Positions 36,471 through 50,502 of a stretch of DNA of 64,000 bases are shown here, piece by piece. Under the pieces are notes generated by a model that worked only from the letters and a program-made list of their open reading frames with translations, did no database searches and was not told where the DNA came from. Source of the stretch: Malacoraja senta (Eukaryota). Where the stretch lies: positions 9,674,001-9,738,000 of the forward strand of contig CM075991.1 of assembly GCA_038087875.1 (NCBI GenBank), read 5' to 3'. A program made the position numbers and the translations under genes. Numbering within the stretch: the stretch's first letter is position 1; the number at the start of each line of letters is the position of its first letter.

Positions 36471-38142
36471 CTGAAAGTGGTAAAACATTCAACCATTAGT
36501 AAGTATACATAAGTTCATAGTTCATAAGTTCTAGGAGCAGAATTAAGCCAGTCGGCCATCAAGTCTTCTCTGCCATTCATCATTGCTGACCTATCTTTCC
36601 CTCCCAACCCCATTCTTCTGCCTTCGCCCCATAACCACTTACTAATCAAGACTGTCAATCCCCGCCTTAAAAATATCAATTGAAATGAATTCCACCGATT
36701 CACCATCCTCTGACTAAAGAAATTCATACAGGTATTAGTGAGTCATGCAGGGTTTTGCTGCAATATAAAATTCCAGCTTGGCACATGCACGCAAGATTCT
36801 TAACACTTCACTGAGAAATATGAGCCTTGCAGCTTCACTTTTATTAAATCTCATCGTGGGTTTGAAAACCTGCTTGTTTATTTTGTACTACTCTTTCAAA
36901 GATCAGGAATGGAGCGGCTGGGCTTGTACACTCTGGAATTTAGAAGGATGAGAGGGGATCTTATTGAAACATATAAGATTGTTAAAGGTTTGGACACGCT
37001 AGATGCAGCTCCCTACACCAGAGCTCAAATGCACTAAACAGTGCTGCACACGCTGGCCATTCAGCGACCTTATCGCATTTACAATTCACTGGAGACATTT
37101 TCACAGTATGTAAATGCAAACCTTTATCTTCCAATTTCTTTAATAATTTCCCATTTCCTCCTCTGAGACCATTCCTACAGGAAGAGTCATAATCCTTTGG
37201 AAGAGCTTGGAAGAGACCAGCCTTTGAAAGAGTCATAATCATGCTCATTGCATTTCTTTCTTAATGAATGACAATTTGAGATCAATATTTGCCCAACGCG
37301 GGCAGGTGGGACTAGTGTAGCTGGGACATGTTGGTCAGTGTGGGCAAGTTGGGCTGAAGGGCCTGTTTCCACGCTGTATCACTCTATGCATGATCTTGAA
37401 ATCAAACAAAAACAAAACCTGCACATTAGGCAAGTGACAAGGCATTATGATTCAAAAGGCATATACTTGGAGTTCTCATCCAAAATTTATGAAACCCGTT
37501 TGTATCATAGATTGACCTCGATACCAAGGTTAAGAGAACCCATCTTCCAATACTCAGAGTAAGCATCACCTCCACTACACCTTCCCCCACTTGCTCCCTC
37601 GAGAACCCAATTCCCCATAATTGTTAACTTCCACCATATCCAGCTTTCAGCCACCAAACAAAACAACATTTCTCCACCCACTCACCAGGGAAAGTGAGCA
37701 TGACCATCACAGCAGATGTATCATGGGAGCAGAGCCTTGGTAACTAGTACAAACCACGGATCAATTAAAACGGCCCTCCTATCCACCTGGAAGAGTCTTG
37801 TGCCCGTGCTTCATGCAGGAGTCAGACTAGCTGGTAAACTGCAGACCATGTAGAGCTTGGGTATGGCTTTACCAAGTCTGGAAAGGGGCACCAACTTTAT
37901 TCTTTCATTTCATCACCAGAAATCTCATCTCGAGTCAAAGGTGGCGCTAGCTAAACGTCATCATATTTCAAACAAATTTACAAGTCATGTAATCTGAACT
38001 TAATTGTCAATCTTTGGATCATCGTATCTGAAGCAGAATTCACACAGAAATCACCGGTCCCATGATACGTCATACAGAACCTAGATACCATTAGCAAGAA
38101 CAGAACAATTGAAGATCTCATTGAAGAAGAATCAGCTTTTAC

Positions 38143-38234
38143 CTATCGCATCCATTCCAACAACATTCGAACTTGTCAAAAATACAGTCGTTTTCATACA
38201 GTGAGCACAGTTTGCTTCGGAGGTATTCATGCAC
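38143..38234 (-). CDS. PPP2R2A: PPP2R2A exon 9
   Basis: ttacag|GTGCAT ... GATAG|gtaaaa; [31 protein letters not shown]. Confidence 0.97.
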
Positions 38235-39814
38235 CTGTAAGAACAATTAATGTAGATCTGAGTGAAATCCAGTCCGAGTTCTATACAAAACACATGGTCA
38301 TAAATATACAAATATCTGGCTAACTGGAATGTCAATAAATCCTTTACAGTACTGACAGACAGAAGGGAGGGGGGAGAAGTAGAGCAGAATAAAGTCACGA
38401 AAACAGGATTATCAATAATATTATTTTCCCCTCACAGAATAGCAGATTTAATATCTAGAACTAAGTTAGCTTTAATTGGTAGTATTTTCACCAAAGTCAG
38501 AAGACTGAATGCTAGCTCCATTGCAAGAGCTAATTGGACAGGTTGGGACACATGGGTAAAAAACATGCTGGTTTAGCAGGTGCTGTTTGTCCAATGCATT
38601 TTTGTGGAAGGTGGCATTTTAACCCGAGTCAGAAGACTGAATGTTAGCTCCATTGCAGGACAGCTACAAATCAATGGGTTTGCTGGTCGATCCACTCGAT
38701 CAAGGATGGCGATGGCTGGAGACCCGTAGCAGCCTGGGGCTTGTCTGGATCGGGCACCGCTCGCAACAACTGGAGCGCGGACTGGACTTTGATAATGGCG
38801 CCAAAACATGGCGTCTCTTGTACACGGGATCAGTAGACTTATTTCTGTACACTTGCTAATCGTGAATGTGCTTAGGTATGGGAATACTGTACTGGACTAT
38901 ATGTAAGAAAAGAAGTTCACTGGACGTTTGCACCACATACGTGACAATAAAAGCACCTTTGAACTATTGAAAAAAACTCCAAATCAATAATGAAGATGCA
39001 GGTAGAAGTGTTGCACTTTGTACAATAAACTGAAAACTCGCCGATCTGTTCCAAAGGCCCCAGTACACCACCCGGAGGGATGCAAAAACAATAGCATAAA
39101 ACATAACTAGTCATTCATATCGCGAATGTCCATAGGATCGTGCTGGGTGTAAATGTTTGCCATAGCTGCACGAAACAATGACAAGTTATTTATTGTCTTA
39201 TGAAAAATGGAACTATAAAGTATACAACTATAATATGAACTTTAAATCTTTTCTAATCCTAGCATGGAAATATAAATTATCACCCAGAAGTAAAATTACA
39301 CGCAGGCATTGAGTGAAATTGCAGAAATCTGAACTTGTGTTATTTGCCAAGTGCATTTTGCAAATTAGCTGCCAACTGTTCTTTCTGAGGCAAGTGTTAA
39401 CATGAATAAATCAGCTTTAATGCAAAAAGGATATTGTAACCACAAAGACAAAAACATGTAATGCTAGTTATATTCTCGTTTCTAGTTACTATAACCAGCG
39501 TAGACAATTCCTGGTGGAAATTAATTTACAGAACAAATGTCCCTAATGCGTCCTTAACTGGCTGTGCCACTGAACAGGTTGGGACACATTGGAAAAGATT
39601 GTGCTGGTTTAGCAGGTTCTGTTTGTCTAATGCATTTTTTAGGGAGGGTAACGGAAGCTTCATTCTGAACTGCACCTGTCTCAAGAATCATGAATTGGTA
39701 AAAAAAGAAAAGTACACTTGGCATCCAAGCCATAAAATTGATACACATAGAATGATCAAATAAACCGAGGACAACCTGTCAAGGCAACACAAAAAATGGC
39801 AGTAGCCTGTGTAC

Positions 39815-39984
39815 CTGGTATGTCTCCACAGGTCTACTTTCCATATTTAAGTCCCAGATTTTCACAGATAGGTAATCTCGTGTCATCATGTAACGACCAC
39901 TGTGACTGAATTTGACGTCTGATATTGAAGAAATTATTTCTGAGAAGAACGACCTGTTGCTGGGATCTTCAGGTTCTTCAAACA
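39815..39984 (-). CDS. PPP2R2A: PPP2R2A exon 8
   Basis: aacag|TGTTTGAA ... CAG|gtacac; [57 protein letters not shown]. Confidence 0.97.
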
Positions 39985-40184
39985 CTGTTGGAGGGAAAAC
40001 AAATGTTGGGAAGGTCCAGAAAGTTGACTTGCTCCATTCTTATACTTTTTCCATTTGATAGCACCTAAATATTTATCGCCAGCATTGTACCATATTCAAC
40101 ACCTCCTATTCAGCAGAAATATATTCAAATCATACCAGTCAGCATCTGCATTGAAAGGTACACTGCAAAAACAAAACAAATGCA

Positions 40185-40468
40185 CGCTGGCACAGCAGGA
40201 GAATTGCCACCCTACAGCGCCAGAAACCTGGGTTCAATCCTGACTGCATGTGCTGTCTCTACGGAGTTTGCACGTTCCCTGTGACTGCGTGGGTTTTCTC
40301 CAGGTGCTCCGGTTTCCTCCCACACTCCAAAGACGTGCAGGTTTGTAGGCTAATTGGCTTGTGTAAATTGTCCCTAGCGTGTAGGATAGTGCTAATGTAC
40401 GGGGTGATCACTGGTCTGTATGGACTTGGTGGGCCGAGGAGCCTGTTTCCGTGCTGTAAAGTCTAAAG
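40185..40468 (+). mobile_element. HE1/V-SINE-like, near full length (PPP2R2A intron 7)
   Basis: GGTTCAATCC B-box, GCTCCGGTTTCCTCCCACACTCCAAAGAC, GCCTGTTTCC tail. Confidence 0.85.
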
Positions 40469-41457
40469 TCATGGAATAATAAAAATCGAAGTCCCCTTTT
40501 TAATCGCATTTGACCAAAAAACTAGGTGCTGCAATGTTCTATTTGCAGACATTCAGACCTATACAGTGGCAGACATCGACCGGGCTGTAAAAGTTTTAAT
40601 AACTGCAAAAATGATTCTAATAGTTGACCAGCTCTCCTCAGCATGTAAATTAACAGGTGACCAGTTGACAGTCAGCAGATCAGATGCTGCTGAATTGTGG
40701 TAGCCATGTCACCACTTCAAAGGAAACAAGAGTAACAAGCTGTTGCAGGGTTTTTAAATTTGGTTTAACAGGTTGACCACAGCCCTCCAAGTTCCAGTTC
40801 TACAGTGCTCCCACCAGGGATCTTTGAATTTCTTGACAGGCAAAGGGAAAAGTTTATAATGAGTTTCAGTCATTATAAGCTTGTAGCATAAGGAAGGGAA
40901 TGGAATAGTTGTGGAGTGGGTTTGTAGTGCATTATGATAGTTTAGTGTTAATGTGGACAAAGGGCAAGCTGTAAAAACCAGATCTTGGCCATCTGCTCGA
41001 CTCGGAATAATGTAGGGCAGTACAAAGCAAGATTCAATTGCTCAAATCCATTGGGGGAAGAGTGAGCCACTGCAGATGCCTAGTTTGTGGTGGTAGCTGA
41101 GGAAATATAGTTTAAAATGCCTTTGCAGTACTTCATCATCATGCTTCATGCTGAAAATCAAACTCATGACTCTCCTGTCTTTAGACTAATGCATAACTGT
41201 TACAGAAGCCTAAAGCAAAGCGGCAAGATATAAAAACAAAAATACATTTGAGAAATAAATAGGGTCTGTCAAGCTAACATATATGTATTTCAGTTCCATT
41301 GTGTGCCTGCATATAGACTGCAGCAGGATGATAAATGTCAGTGGTTACCGAACAATCTTGATCTGTTCTTGTTGTGCATTCAAAGGAGTCAATTTTGAGC
41401 CATGTGAAAAGAGCATTCATTGAAAACACAAATCACAACTATCTGTCACAGACTTAC

Positions 41458-41622
41458 ATTTGGCATGTTTGTCACACAGGGCAGCTGCTCTCATGTCACA
41501 CAGTCGAATGGTTCCCTTGCTACTGCTGTATACAAATGTGTTGCACTGATTGGGGTGGAATTCCGCTGCTGTAATCACTTCAGTCAGCTCCTCCATGTTA
41601 GCAGGCTTGATATCTACAATAT
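41458..41622 (-). CDS. PPP2R2A: PPP2R2A exon 7
   Basis: ctcag|ATATTG ... AAAT|gtaagt; [55 protein letters not shown]. Confidence 0.97.
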
Positions 41623-43110
41623 CTGAGGCAGGCCATCAAGGATAATACAAGGCTTACCAGCCACACAAAATGACAACCTGGCCAAAGGGTGGAAAAAGTC
41701 ATATTCAGCTTATGCATGCAACTGATCCTATAGAGTAGCCAATTTCTATAAAATTATAACTAAGAAAATAAACCTTATTAAAGCAAGATATAAATGAATG
41801 ATTTCTGCAATATTCAACTCTGGATCAACATGAAACAGGAAAATAATTAGTCCCAAGATGATCACCCATCTCTTAATAAGTTTTCCATTACTTCACACAA
41901 TCCAATTTCCATAGTTATAGATAGATCTTATATTTTTATCTTTATAAAGCTAAAGGTGTTTCTGCTAGCTTGTTGCAACCTGTTTCCTTCAAAGTTTGGT
42001 CAAATCAATTCCAAGAACAAATAACTTTGGTGCCTATAAAATCAAAACTGTGTAGGAAAGAACTGCAGATGCTGGTTTAAATCGAAGGTAGACACAAAAA
42101 TCTGGAGTAACTCAGCGGGACAGGCAGCGTCTCTGGAGAGAAGGAATGGGTGACGTTTCGGGTCGAGACCCTTCTTCAGACAAGTTGAGTTACTCCAGCT
42201 TTTTGTGTCTAAAATCAAAACTGTAACTGCCCAGGTTTCTGATTGTGTAAATCCCAAGTCCTTGCTAAACCCAAGTCACAAGTCAACTTGTGCCAACATT
42301 GCCTTTTTTAGTCTTCAGAACCGTACCCAAGTAAAAACTATCTTCGCTTCAGGATTACAATAGCCTGTAACACCAGCACAAAAATTATCTATTGTCCATT
42401 TTACCAAATTGCCCAATGTTAGTTTTACTCTGCCCAAGAAGGTTATCGACCTAAAAAAGTAACCATTTTTCTCACAGCAGATTCTGTCTAATTTGCTGAG
42501 CATTTCCAGTATTCTGTTTTATTTACAATTACTTTACTTTTCTTTTACAAGAAAAAGTTAAGAGCTTTTTGTAGCTTTCTCAGACATAGTATACTGTGAA
42601 ATAGAGTCCAGGCAAGAATCCAAGAGCAGGAGCCAAACTCTTTAGTGCAATAATGGTACATGTCAGCAGCTAATGAAATTTTAATACTCATTTTTTTGAC
42701 GAGAATGGGAGAAGTCAAAGATAAAATGTGCTTGCTATTAGATGAATTGCATATCCAATAACACCCCTGAAGGTTTTAACGCCAGTTATTTTGAATTTCG
42801 GGTTGCAGGAGACCAGTTGAGTGATCACATTTAATGCAGGAATTTCAGCATTGGCCAAAGATTTGTTCTTGAAAGATCAGCAGAGCCATTAACCTGCCCT
42901 GACAGTCATGCATACTGGATAGACTGGCTGCGATTCAAACCAAAATACTCACCATCTGCCTTAGGATACAGACTGCAAGGTGTTAAACAATACCGACATA
43001 ACAATGCATGAAAAAAATCCTTTGTACTTTCAAGTGAGATTAGGAACATTGCTGCCAAATAAAACATTTTGCCCCCCCCAAAAAATGATCCGCCACATTG
43101 ACAAGGATAC
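41623..43110 (-). other. U12-type (minor spliceosome) GT-AG intron, PPP2R2A intron 6
   Basis: 5' site GTATCCTT; branch-like TCCTTGAT at 41635-41642 close to the 3' AG; no long polypyrimidine tract. Confidence 0.9.
42152..42179 (-). ncRNA. Minimal hammerhead-ribozyme-like motif in a repeat (sense in PPP2R2A intron 6)
   Basis: CTGAAGA-A-GGGTC-TC-GACCC-GAAA-C-GTC; host copy 42052-42209 has a 15-bp TSD TAAAATCAAAACTGT. Confidence 0.55.
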
Positions 43111-43288
43111 TAAAACTTCTGTCTGTGATTTCTAAATGCCACAGGTTAATCCTAAGATCATCTGCTGATAAGTAAGTTTCATAGTCACTATTGACTGAAA
43201 TAGAGTTTATATGATATGTGTGTGCGTTAGCAAATATTCTTCGAGGGCTAGCTTCAACCATTAAATCCATAGGTTTGAATACCGGCAC
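43111..43288 (-). CDS. PPP2R2A: PPP2R2A exon 6
   Basis: ctcag|GTGCCG ... TTTA|gtatcctt; [59 protein letters not shown]. Confidence 0.97.
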
Positions 43289-44709
43289 CTGAGAATGAGA
43301 AAAAACAAGGTGTTAAAAGAATTTAAACAATGAAGAAACCCATCTAGAGAAAGGCACATCATTTTACAGTACAGCTCTGAAGGGTTTTTGACATGAAACT
43401 TTTACATTTTCTCTTTCTACAGAGAGTTTTTCCAGCATTTTCTGTTTTTATATAACTTTTCAGTAAATGTTATTGAAATAAATTAATTTCATGAGGGTGC
43501 AAGGTACACTGTGGCACAAGAGGAAGTCATCCGAGTGCTTATTTTTCAAAGCTAATGCCAGCTATACATGCACAAAAAAGCCTTCAGATGTCAAGGCCCA
43601 GTAGCTGTGGGACAAATTCTCTCATCTCTCCTCCCTTAAGATGTTCTCTGAAACACCTCCAACCACAAATTCTGTCTTCTTGCACAATCAAGCAGAAATC
43701 TATTGCATAAAAACAGGAGTCGAACAAATTCAAGTACTTCCTATTGGAAATGATCAACGTCTGTGTAAATCATTTCCTTTCAGTTTTCCAGTGATATCGC
43801 ACATTGATAGCATCTTGTTTTGCTCTTTTGACTTGGAATCACACCACTTGCACATTTTATCGGATCCATTAATAAATTTATAGACCTCTGTTGGCTATCT
43901 CCATAGCTCTTTTCAAAAGTAGTTGATTGCTGGGAACAGCATATGACCCACATCAGCAAAAGAATAATATGAAGGAGCCAGAGCTTGCAAACAAGATTAA
44001 AAACTATGATGCAGGAACTGTGTAGGTGGGAGTGTATTGCCTACTTGTATCTTCACTGGAAGATAAGTCTAGGTAGAGTACTGGAAATCCCCACTCATCA
44101 GGATCACATTTATGAAGATACTTGTACAACGGCTCATTGCAGCAGTTCATTATTTCCAATATTAATAAGGGAGGGACAATGCCAGTCTTGCCAACAATAC
44201 CCCCATCCAACGAATTAATGAGAAAATCAAGCTTCAGCCTTCTCCTTTCACAATAGACCTGGCCTGTTCAACATTTCTTGATCTGTAGAGCCTAGCACTG
44301 CAAGTTTCGAACCTGCAAACGTATCTGGAATGCTCTCCTTTTATATGGCATCCAGAACTATGCAGAGTAGCAGAAGTACCTCACATGGCCTGGCATGGTT
44401 TTGTTTGAAAACACTCCACAGGAGGTCTGAGACTTTTTGCTACAATGTTGATGCCACTAAAGCATCTTTTGGATTTCAGGCCCTCAGAGTGTCACAGGTT
44501 GCCCAAATTGGGATACTGGGCATCAATATTAACAACACAGGGTATCTTCCACAATTGGTGCCTTGAAGCCACACCAAAACTGTCCCCCAGAACTGTCCTG
44601 GAATTTTCCTTTAACGATTTACCCAGATTTTACAACCAGAGTCAAAAACAATGAAACATCCAATATATGCTGGTGTATTCTTTGAATCAATTTGCACTCT
44701 AGATCTCAC

Positions 44710-44822
44710 CTTAAGTGTAGTGACTGTGGCAGGATCCCTATATCGACCATCCTCCTCCTTCAAATTATATCCTTCTGGTCGTTTATCTCTTTCACTGATT
44801 TTCCACAACTTTATTGTTTTAT
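44710..44822 (-). CDS. PPP2R2A: PPP2R2A exon 5
   Basis: cttag|ATAAAACA ... AAG|gtgaga; [38 protein letters not shown]. Confidence 0.97.
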
Positions 44823-46141
44823 CTAAGAAAATAAATATAAAATTGCATTAATATAGAGGGGCAAATGAGCCTCTGGCATCCAAGTGTTGGATTACAACTT
44901 CTAAATGATTAAAGGAGGATATTTTAAAATGAATGCACTTGTGAAATGCAGGCATCTCATCCAGACCTGCCATCTGCATAAACAAGGGTCTTGAGGAAAC
45001 TTTTAATGATACCAATCTGGAATGTCAACTCACTGCAGCATAGCAAAAACTAGAAGCAATGCTGCAATAAATATTAGCAAAGTATAAATGCACTAACGAT
45101 GTAAAACAATAATTTCAGATCAATGCGAGAACATTCACAATACAATTTAGAAACACAGGACTACAGTATAGCAATGTTCTCTCTGAATCTTTAATATTTC
45201 CACAAAGAATTATGTATCTATCTATGAATTGGGAAAATTAATTTACTTTTACAATATACTAGAGCAATAGCTTAAATTTATATAAGATTTATCCATCTAT
45301 CAATGTCTCAAGTCATTTACCCACCAATATTGTGGGTATTTGTGAATTTATGGAATTCCCTGCCACAGAGGGCAGTGGAGGCCAAGTCACTGGATGGATT
45401 TAAGAGAGAGTTAGATAGAGCTCTAGGGGCTAGTGGAGTCAAGGGATATGGGGAGAAGGCAGGCACGGGTTATTTATAGGGGACGATCAGCCATGATCAC
45501 AATGAATGGCGGTGCTGGCTTGAAGGGCCGAATGGCCTCCTCCTGCACCTATTTTCTATGTCTATGTTTCAAATATTTTCAAATTCAGTGATTTATGTAG
45601 GCAAAGCTGGCTGCCATTTTTCACACAACAAATTCATTCAAAACTATGTAGCTGATTGAAAAGGAATTTTGGCCAGAGGTGTTTTTCCAATTCCAGTAAG
45701 GGTGCGAAGGTGAGGCAGCCCACAACCTGTAGTCTGGAATATTTATTATTCAGAATCATTTCATCAGTGAATAATACAAACTATAGCCATTTGAGCATAA
45801 CGCAATGTGCTAGAGGAATTCAGCGGGTCAGGCAGCATCCGTGGAGGGAATAGATGGACGATGTTTCGAGTCGGGACCCTCCTTCAGACTTATCCCGACC
45901 CAAAACAGTTTGTTCATTCCCCCCACTATAAGAAAACAAAAAACAGGGAAAGAAAACTGGTGGCTTGGGGAGATTAATGAGCGGGTAAGCAGTATTTGAG
46001 AAATTAAACTTAAAAGTATTATAAAAGAGTCCATTGAAATCTACCATTAAAAGTTGTCGGAATAGCTATTGCCCATTCTAGAAGGAAGTACAAGCAGGGT
46101 TGCTGTCATGAGCAAGCGAATTAAGTGAAGAAGGAACTCAC

Positions 46142-46307
46142 CATTTGTAGAGAGCAGGAACTGTGCAGCATTTTGCTGGGGTAACCATCTAATTTTATTG
46201 ATCTTTTCTTCAATTTCTAAACTTTTCAAGTAGTCAAATTCTGGCTCGTGACTCTGAAAAGTACTGTAAACATTATATTCACCTCTGCAATGAGGCTGGC
46301 TTTTGTT
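46142..46307 (-). CDS. PPP2R2A: PPP2R2A exon 4
   Basis: ttgcag|AAC ... AATG|gtgagt; [55 protein letters not shown]. Confidence 0.97.
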
Positions 46308-47679
46308 CTGCAAGGAATAACAGAATAGATTAGAACACCACAACTATGTTAAGCTAAAACCAACAAGATTTGTAACCTACAATGCTAACTGGTTCTTAAA
46401 ATCTAACTGTATTGAAGGTATTTCTGCTTTTTTCTACTAACCAGATATAGCAATGAATATAGAGGATAGACACAAAAGGCTGGAGTAACTCAGTGGGACA
46501 GGCAGCATCTCTGGAGAGAAGGAATGGGTGACGTTTCAGGTCAAGACCCTACTTTAGACAAGAAGAGTCTCGAGGAGGAGCGTGGAAGTTGTCTATGGGA
46601 ACGGATCCGGCAGCCCCAGCCTGGCTGGAGTTCCAGAGCCCTGGCTGCAGGTGGAAAATTCAACTCGCCGATTGGCTTGAGGTCGAGAATGGCCTTCGGA
46701 CTGGCCTTTTGGGGGGGGGGGGGGGACGGGACTTCCCGAGGAGGAGGAGGAGGAGGAGGAGGAGGGGGGGAAGCGCGGACCACCACTTGTACATGACCTC
46801 TTTTGGCCGCACTTTGAATATGTTAGTTGGGGGAGAAAACCTCCTCAAAATAAAGTTCCCACAGAAATACATCTTCTTGCTTCAAGATGGCATTCAAGCT
46901 ACAATCCTAACCAATGGGTTCACAACAGAGAATATGTTCTCTTATCAAACAAGTCATCAGAGGTGGCTACATACACCTCTTGTCAAGGCATTTCCTTCTG
47001 CAGCAAATGAAGCATCACTTGCTTCAAAACATGCATGGCAATTTCAGGAACATAATCAGAAGAAAATACACTTAAATTGGCAAAAGATTTTCATTATAAA
47101 AAAAAAAAATAGGAGCAGCTCTTCCTCATCAACTGAACACCCTTTACTTACGAATCTGAGTACCACCTCACAACCAAACAATGTACACATGTAGCCACCA
47201 TGTAACAAATTACACAGCCCCAGAATGGAAGTTGCGATGAAAACGCACAAGTGTGCTTCACATATAAACATGCCCAACCAAATTCAAAATGATGCAAAAT
47301 GCCTTCGAAATGTTGCTGTGTTTCATCCCAGAGAGAATTTAAATGAATTTCAACTGATCTTCTGGACGGTTATGTTAATAGAACGAGATGAGTTAACATG
47401 AGCGACGTTCTTGGAACATAATTACCTGCATAAACCTGCAGGGTCAGGTGGTGGCATTATACCAGGAATTCTATTTAATTTCTTTTGCAAAACATTTCAG
47501 CTCAAACATAGATATCCATGCATCCTCTATGAGGAATCAATATGCAAAATAAACAGTGACAAGTATGGATCAATGACTTGCTAGCAATATTCCTTTGAAC
47601 ATGCCACCACTGAACTGCAGAAATAGCTAAATCACCACATTACTTCATTTCAACTCGGTGCTACACAGATAACACTCAC

Positions 47680-47777
47680 CTCCTGCTCCTGCTGGAATAT
47701 GACGACTCTACCCCCCTTGTCCCCAGTTGCCAGTAGTTCTCCAGAGTGGTTGAATTCTACTGTGGAAATAACATCAG
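47680..47777 (-). CDS. PPP2R2A: PPP2R2A exon 3
   Basis: ttacag|CTGATGTT ... CAGGAG|gtgagt; (A)[32 protein letters not shown]. Confidence 0.97.
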
Positions 47778-48006
47778 CTGTAAAGATAAAGAATAATAAA
47801 ACATTAGGACATTTCACTCACATAGTTGAACTTCAGGAGAATTAGCTGATGTACACAACACCTCAACTACGCTTGAAGCAGAGTTTTGAGCCAAGTAACC
47901 AGACAAGGAACAATTTATCAGATGAGGCTACATGTACCACATGTCAAGCTCATGAGGATACGATGAAGGAGTTCTGCATGCACACACACTTGAAACACTG
48001 GTCTTA

Positions 48007-48294
48007 AGGGCCCGTCCCACTGTAGGAGGTAATTCAAGAGCTCTCCCGAGTTTTAAAAAAAATCAAACTCGTGGTAAGCACGTAGAATGTACGTAGCTGG
48101 TACGTCGGAGCTCGGAACGTCTCTTAGCGGCTCGTAACGTTAACAGCAGGTACTTGGGAAACGCGGTAAGCTCGTGAAGATTTTTCAACATGTTGAAAAA
48201 TGTCCACTAGAGCCCCGAGTACCTACGAGCGGCTATTACCGTAATTCTCCGAGTTCGAATCAGGGGAATTAGCTCGTACAGTGGGCCAGCCCCT
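48007..48294. mobile_element. PIF/Harbinger-type MITE
   Basis: TIR AGGGCCCGTCCCACTGTA / TACAGTGGGCCAGCCCCT; 3-bp TSD TTA. Confidence 0.75.
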
Positions 48295-50302
48295 TTAAGC
48301 TCTATATCCAAATCTCGAACCACAAAAATTTCGAATTGGACATGAGATAGTTACAATTTACAGGTGCCCAGATACTGCCTGGAATTCTCCATACATCTCA
48401 GTGCTGCTTTTTCCATCCCATTGAGACAGTTGCCCTGCAGGTGCCAGTACTACTGGGACAGCCATGTCACTGTATTGAAACACTGATCTGCAGAGTTACA
48501 TAACCATAGCCACTGCTTCTACTCAAAAACTTAGAAGCAGCATGCTCCAATAATTCTGGACTTGTTTGCATACAAATGCATACACACACGCCCTAAACTT
48601 GGTTTGAAATTTTTCTCCTGCCATTTATTGCCAACTATTAGATGTGTTAAAGGTCTTTAAATTCACCTAGCATTCATGAGTAAAACACGTCAGTCTGGAT
48701 TCTGCTCCGCTCTCAATCATGCTACTGAAGAAATGCCTGGACGGTGAGATGTCACCTTCAGGTTCAGGTTGCATCTAAAGCTGGGGAACATAAAAGATAC
48801 AAAAACAGTTGGGCGAATTCAGAAGAGCGTTCTTGAGCCAGAAACTGGTGATAGCGTGCAACTTGCTACCACCTGGGTAATTATTGCGGGCCGGTATCTC
48901 GGTCCCTGGCTGGCCAAGGCCGATCGTTCCGGTACCATTCCACTCCTCTCTGAAAGGGGATCACCTTTAAGCGAGGGGGTGAAAGAGAGCAGAGAGGCAG
49001 ACCAGGTGTCACTAAAACCATAACTGGCACCTGGGATACAACGTTTGTGTGGTGCCGTCGACTCAATGCAAACTGCAACTTCTCAGAGTGCTTGTTTCCA
49101 GCTTGGCTCAGTGGTAGTACTCTGTGCCAGAAGGTCATGCAATCATTCGAGGAACTTCTGTAATCTAGATAACCCAAGTCCCTGTCTGCTTTCTCTCATT
49201 TTGGAATAAAGAAGATTTCAGTGAACTATTTCAAGAAATGTAAAGTTCACTGTGGGTTATATTTATTCCTCAACTATCAACTAAACAGGGGAGTTTAAGT
49301 TATAAATCTAATTTGTTGTGGGACTAGGTATACACAGTAGACACGTATCTCCATACTACAACAGTAAGTACACATTTCAAAAGTTCACAATTAACCTGGA
49401 AACACTTTGCAAATGAAGGTCTTCCAAGAGGCACCATGTAGTCAAGTTCCCTTTCCTCCTTTCTCAGCTTTACCAATAGGGCTAGCCAAATTCAATTGAC
49501 ACCAGCAGAGAAACACAATTTACTAGCATCTGTAATCCACACCATAGATCACACGTCTCAAAAAACTTCACCATGCTCACATTATTACCCAAAGTATAAT
49601 GAAGCAAACTCAAATCATACAGGTACTGCTCAGCATCAGAATCTCAGGTAAATATTCCCAGCCCACATGTAATTAGTTTAAAACCTCAACCAGCTGCATT
49701 CTGCAAGTTTAATAATCTGGTCTTGAATCATTTTATTTTAAAATAGTTTTGGATGTGGTAACTCATTGCACACCCACGTTTCTCCCACACCCTCACCCCA
49801 GAGTACTCTGTGTACATATCTCTAGTGCTGCTGCAAGTAAGAATTTTATTGTTCTGTTTCGAGACATATGACAATAAAGCACTTTTGACGACTCTTGACC
49901 CCCCCCCCCCCCCATAAACCAATTGAATGTCCATTTGACAATATGAATTATATCAATAGGAATTCCCAGCAAAATACTACAATTAGCCATCAAATTACAG
50001 AGTTCCAAGGCCAAGACACACACACAACCCATCTAATATCCAAGGCTGGAACGGAAATAGAAAACAAATAACTTTGGTTTGCTCGATTTGTTGAACAAAA
50101 GACAAACAAGGGGGAGTCTGTAGAATTTATCTCTCACTATTCACAGCAAAAATTAGGGCCATTAGGCACCTCATTGTGGCTTCTATAAAACATAATTTAA
50201 CATCTCTAATGTTCTGATGAATCGTTTACTACAATCATACTTCAAACGACATATTTTTGCAGAGACATCACATTCCTAGTTGCTTTGCATACTACATCCT
50301 CA

Positions 50303-50502
50303 AGGGCCTGTCCCACTTACGCGATTTTTTCGGCGACTTGCCGGCACCCGTCATAGTTGCAGCAGGTTACCGAAAATTTTCAACATGTTGAAAATCCAGC
50401 GGCGACCAGAAAAAGGTACGATTCTTTGGGCGACTACTCACCACCAAACAGGTGTCATCCCGGGACATGTCAAGTACAAATCGCGTTAGTGGGACAGGCC
50501 CT
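50303..50502. mobile_element. PIF/Harbinger-type MITE
   Basis: Perfect 15-bp TIR AGGGCCTGTCCCACT; TSD TCA on both sides. Confidence 0.8.

Larger units (their letters stand above)
36191..47777 (-). other. PPP2R2A: PPP2R2A gene span, exons 3-10 (5'-partial)
   Basis: Eight exons (98,166,113,178,165,170,92,280 nt) splice in frame to a B55 WD40 protein; alpha-type residues [26 protein letters not shown] and [16 protein letters not shown]; adjacent to BNIP3L. Confidence 0.95.

Noticed and set aside
46524..47194. ORFs with poly-Arg/Gly/Pro, up to 201 aa
   Set aside because: Arise from (GGA)n and poly-G in a GC-rich repeat within PPP2R2A intron 3; no recognisable domain.
36191..47777. PPP2R2D or PPP2R2B identity
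   Set aside because: Alpha-type residues and same-strand adjacency to BNIP3L favour PPP2R2A.
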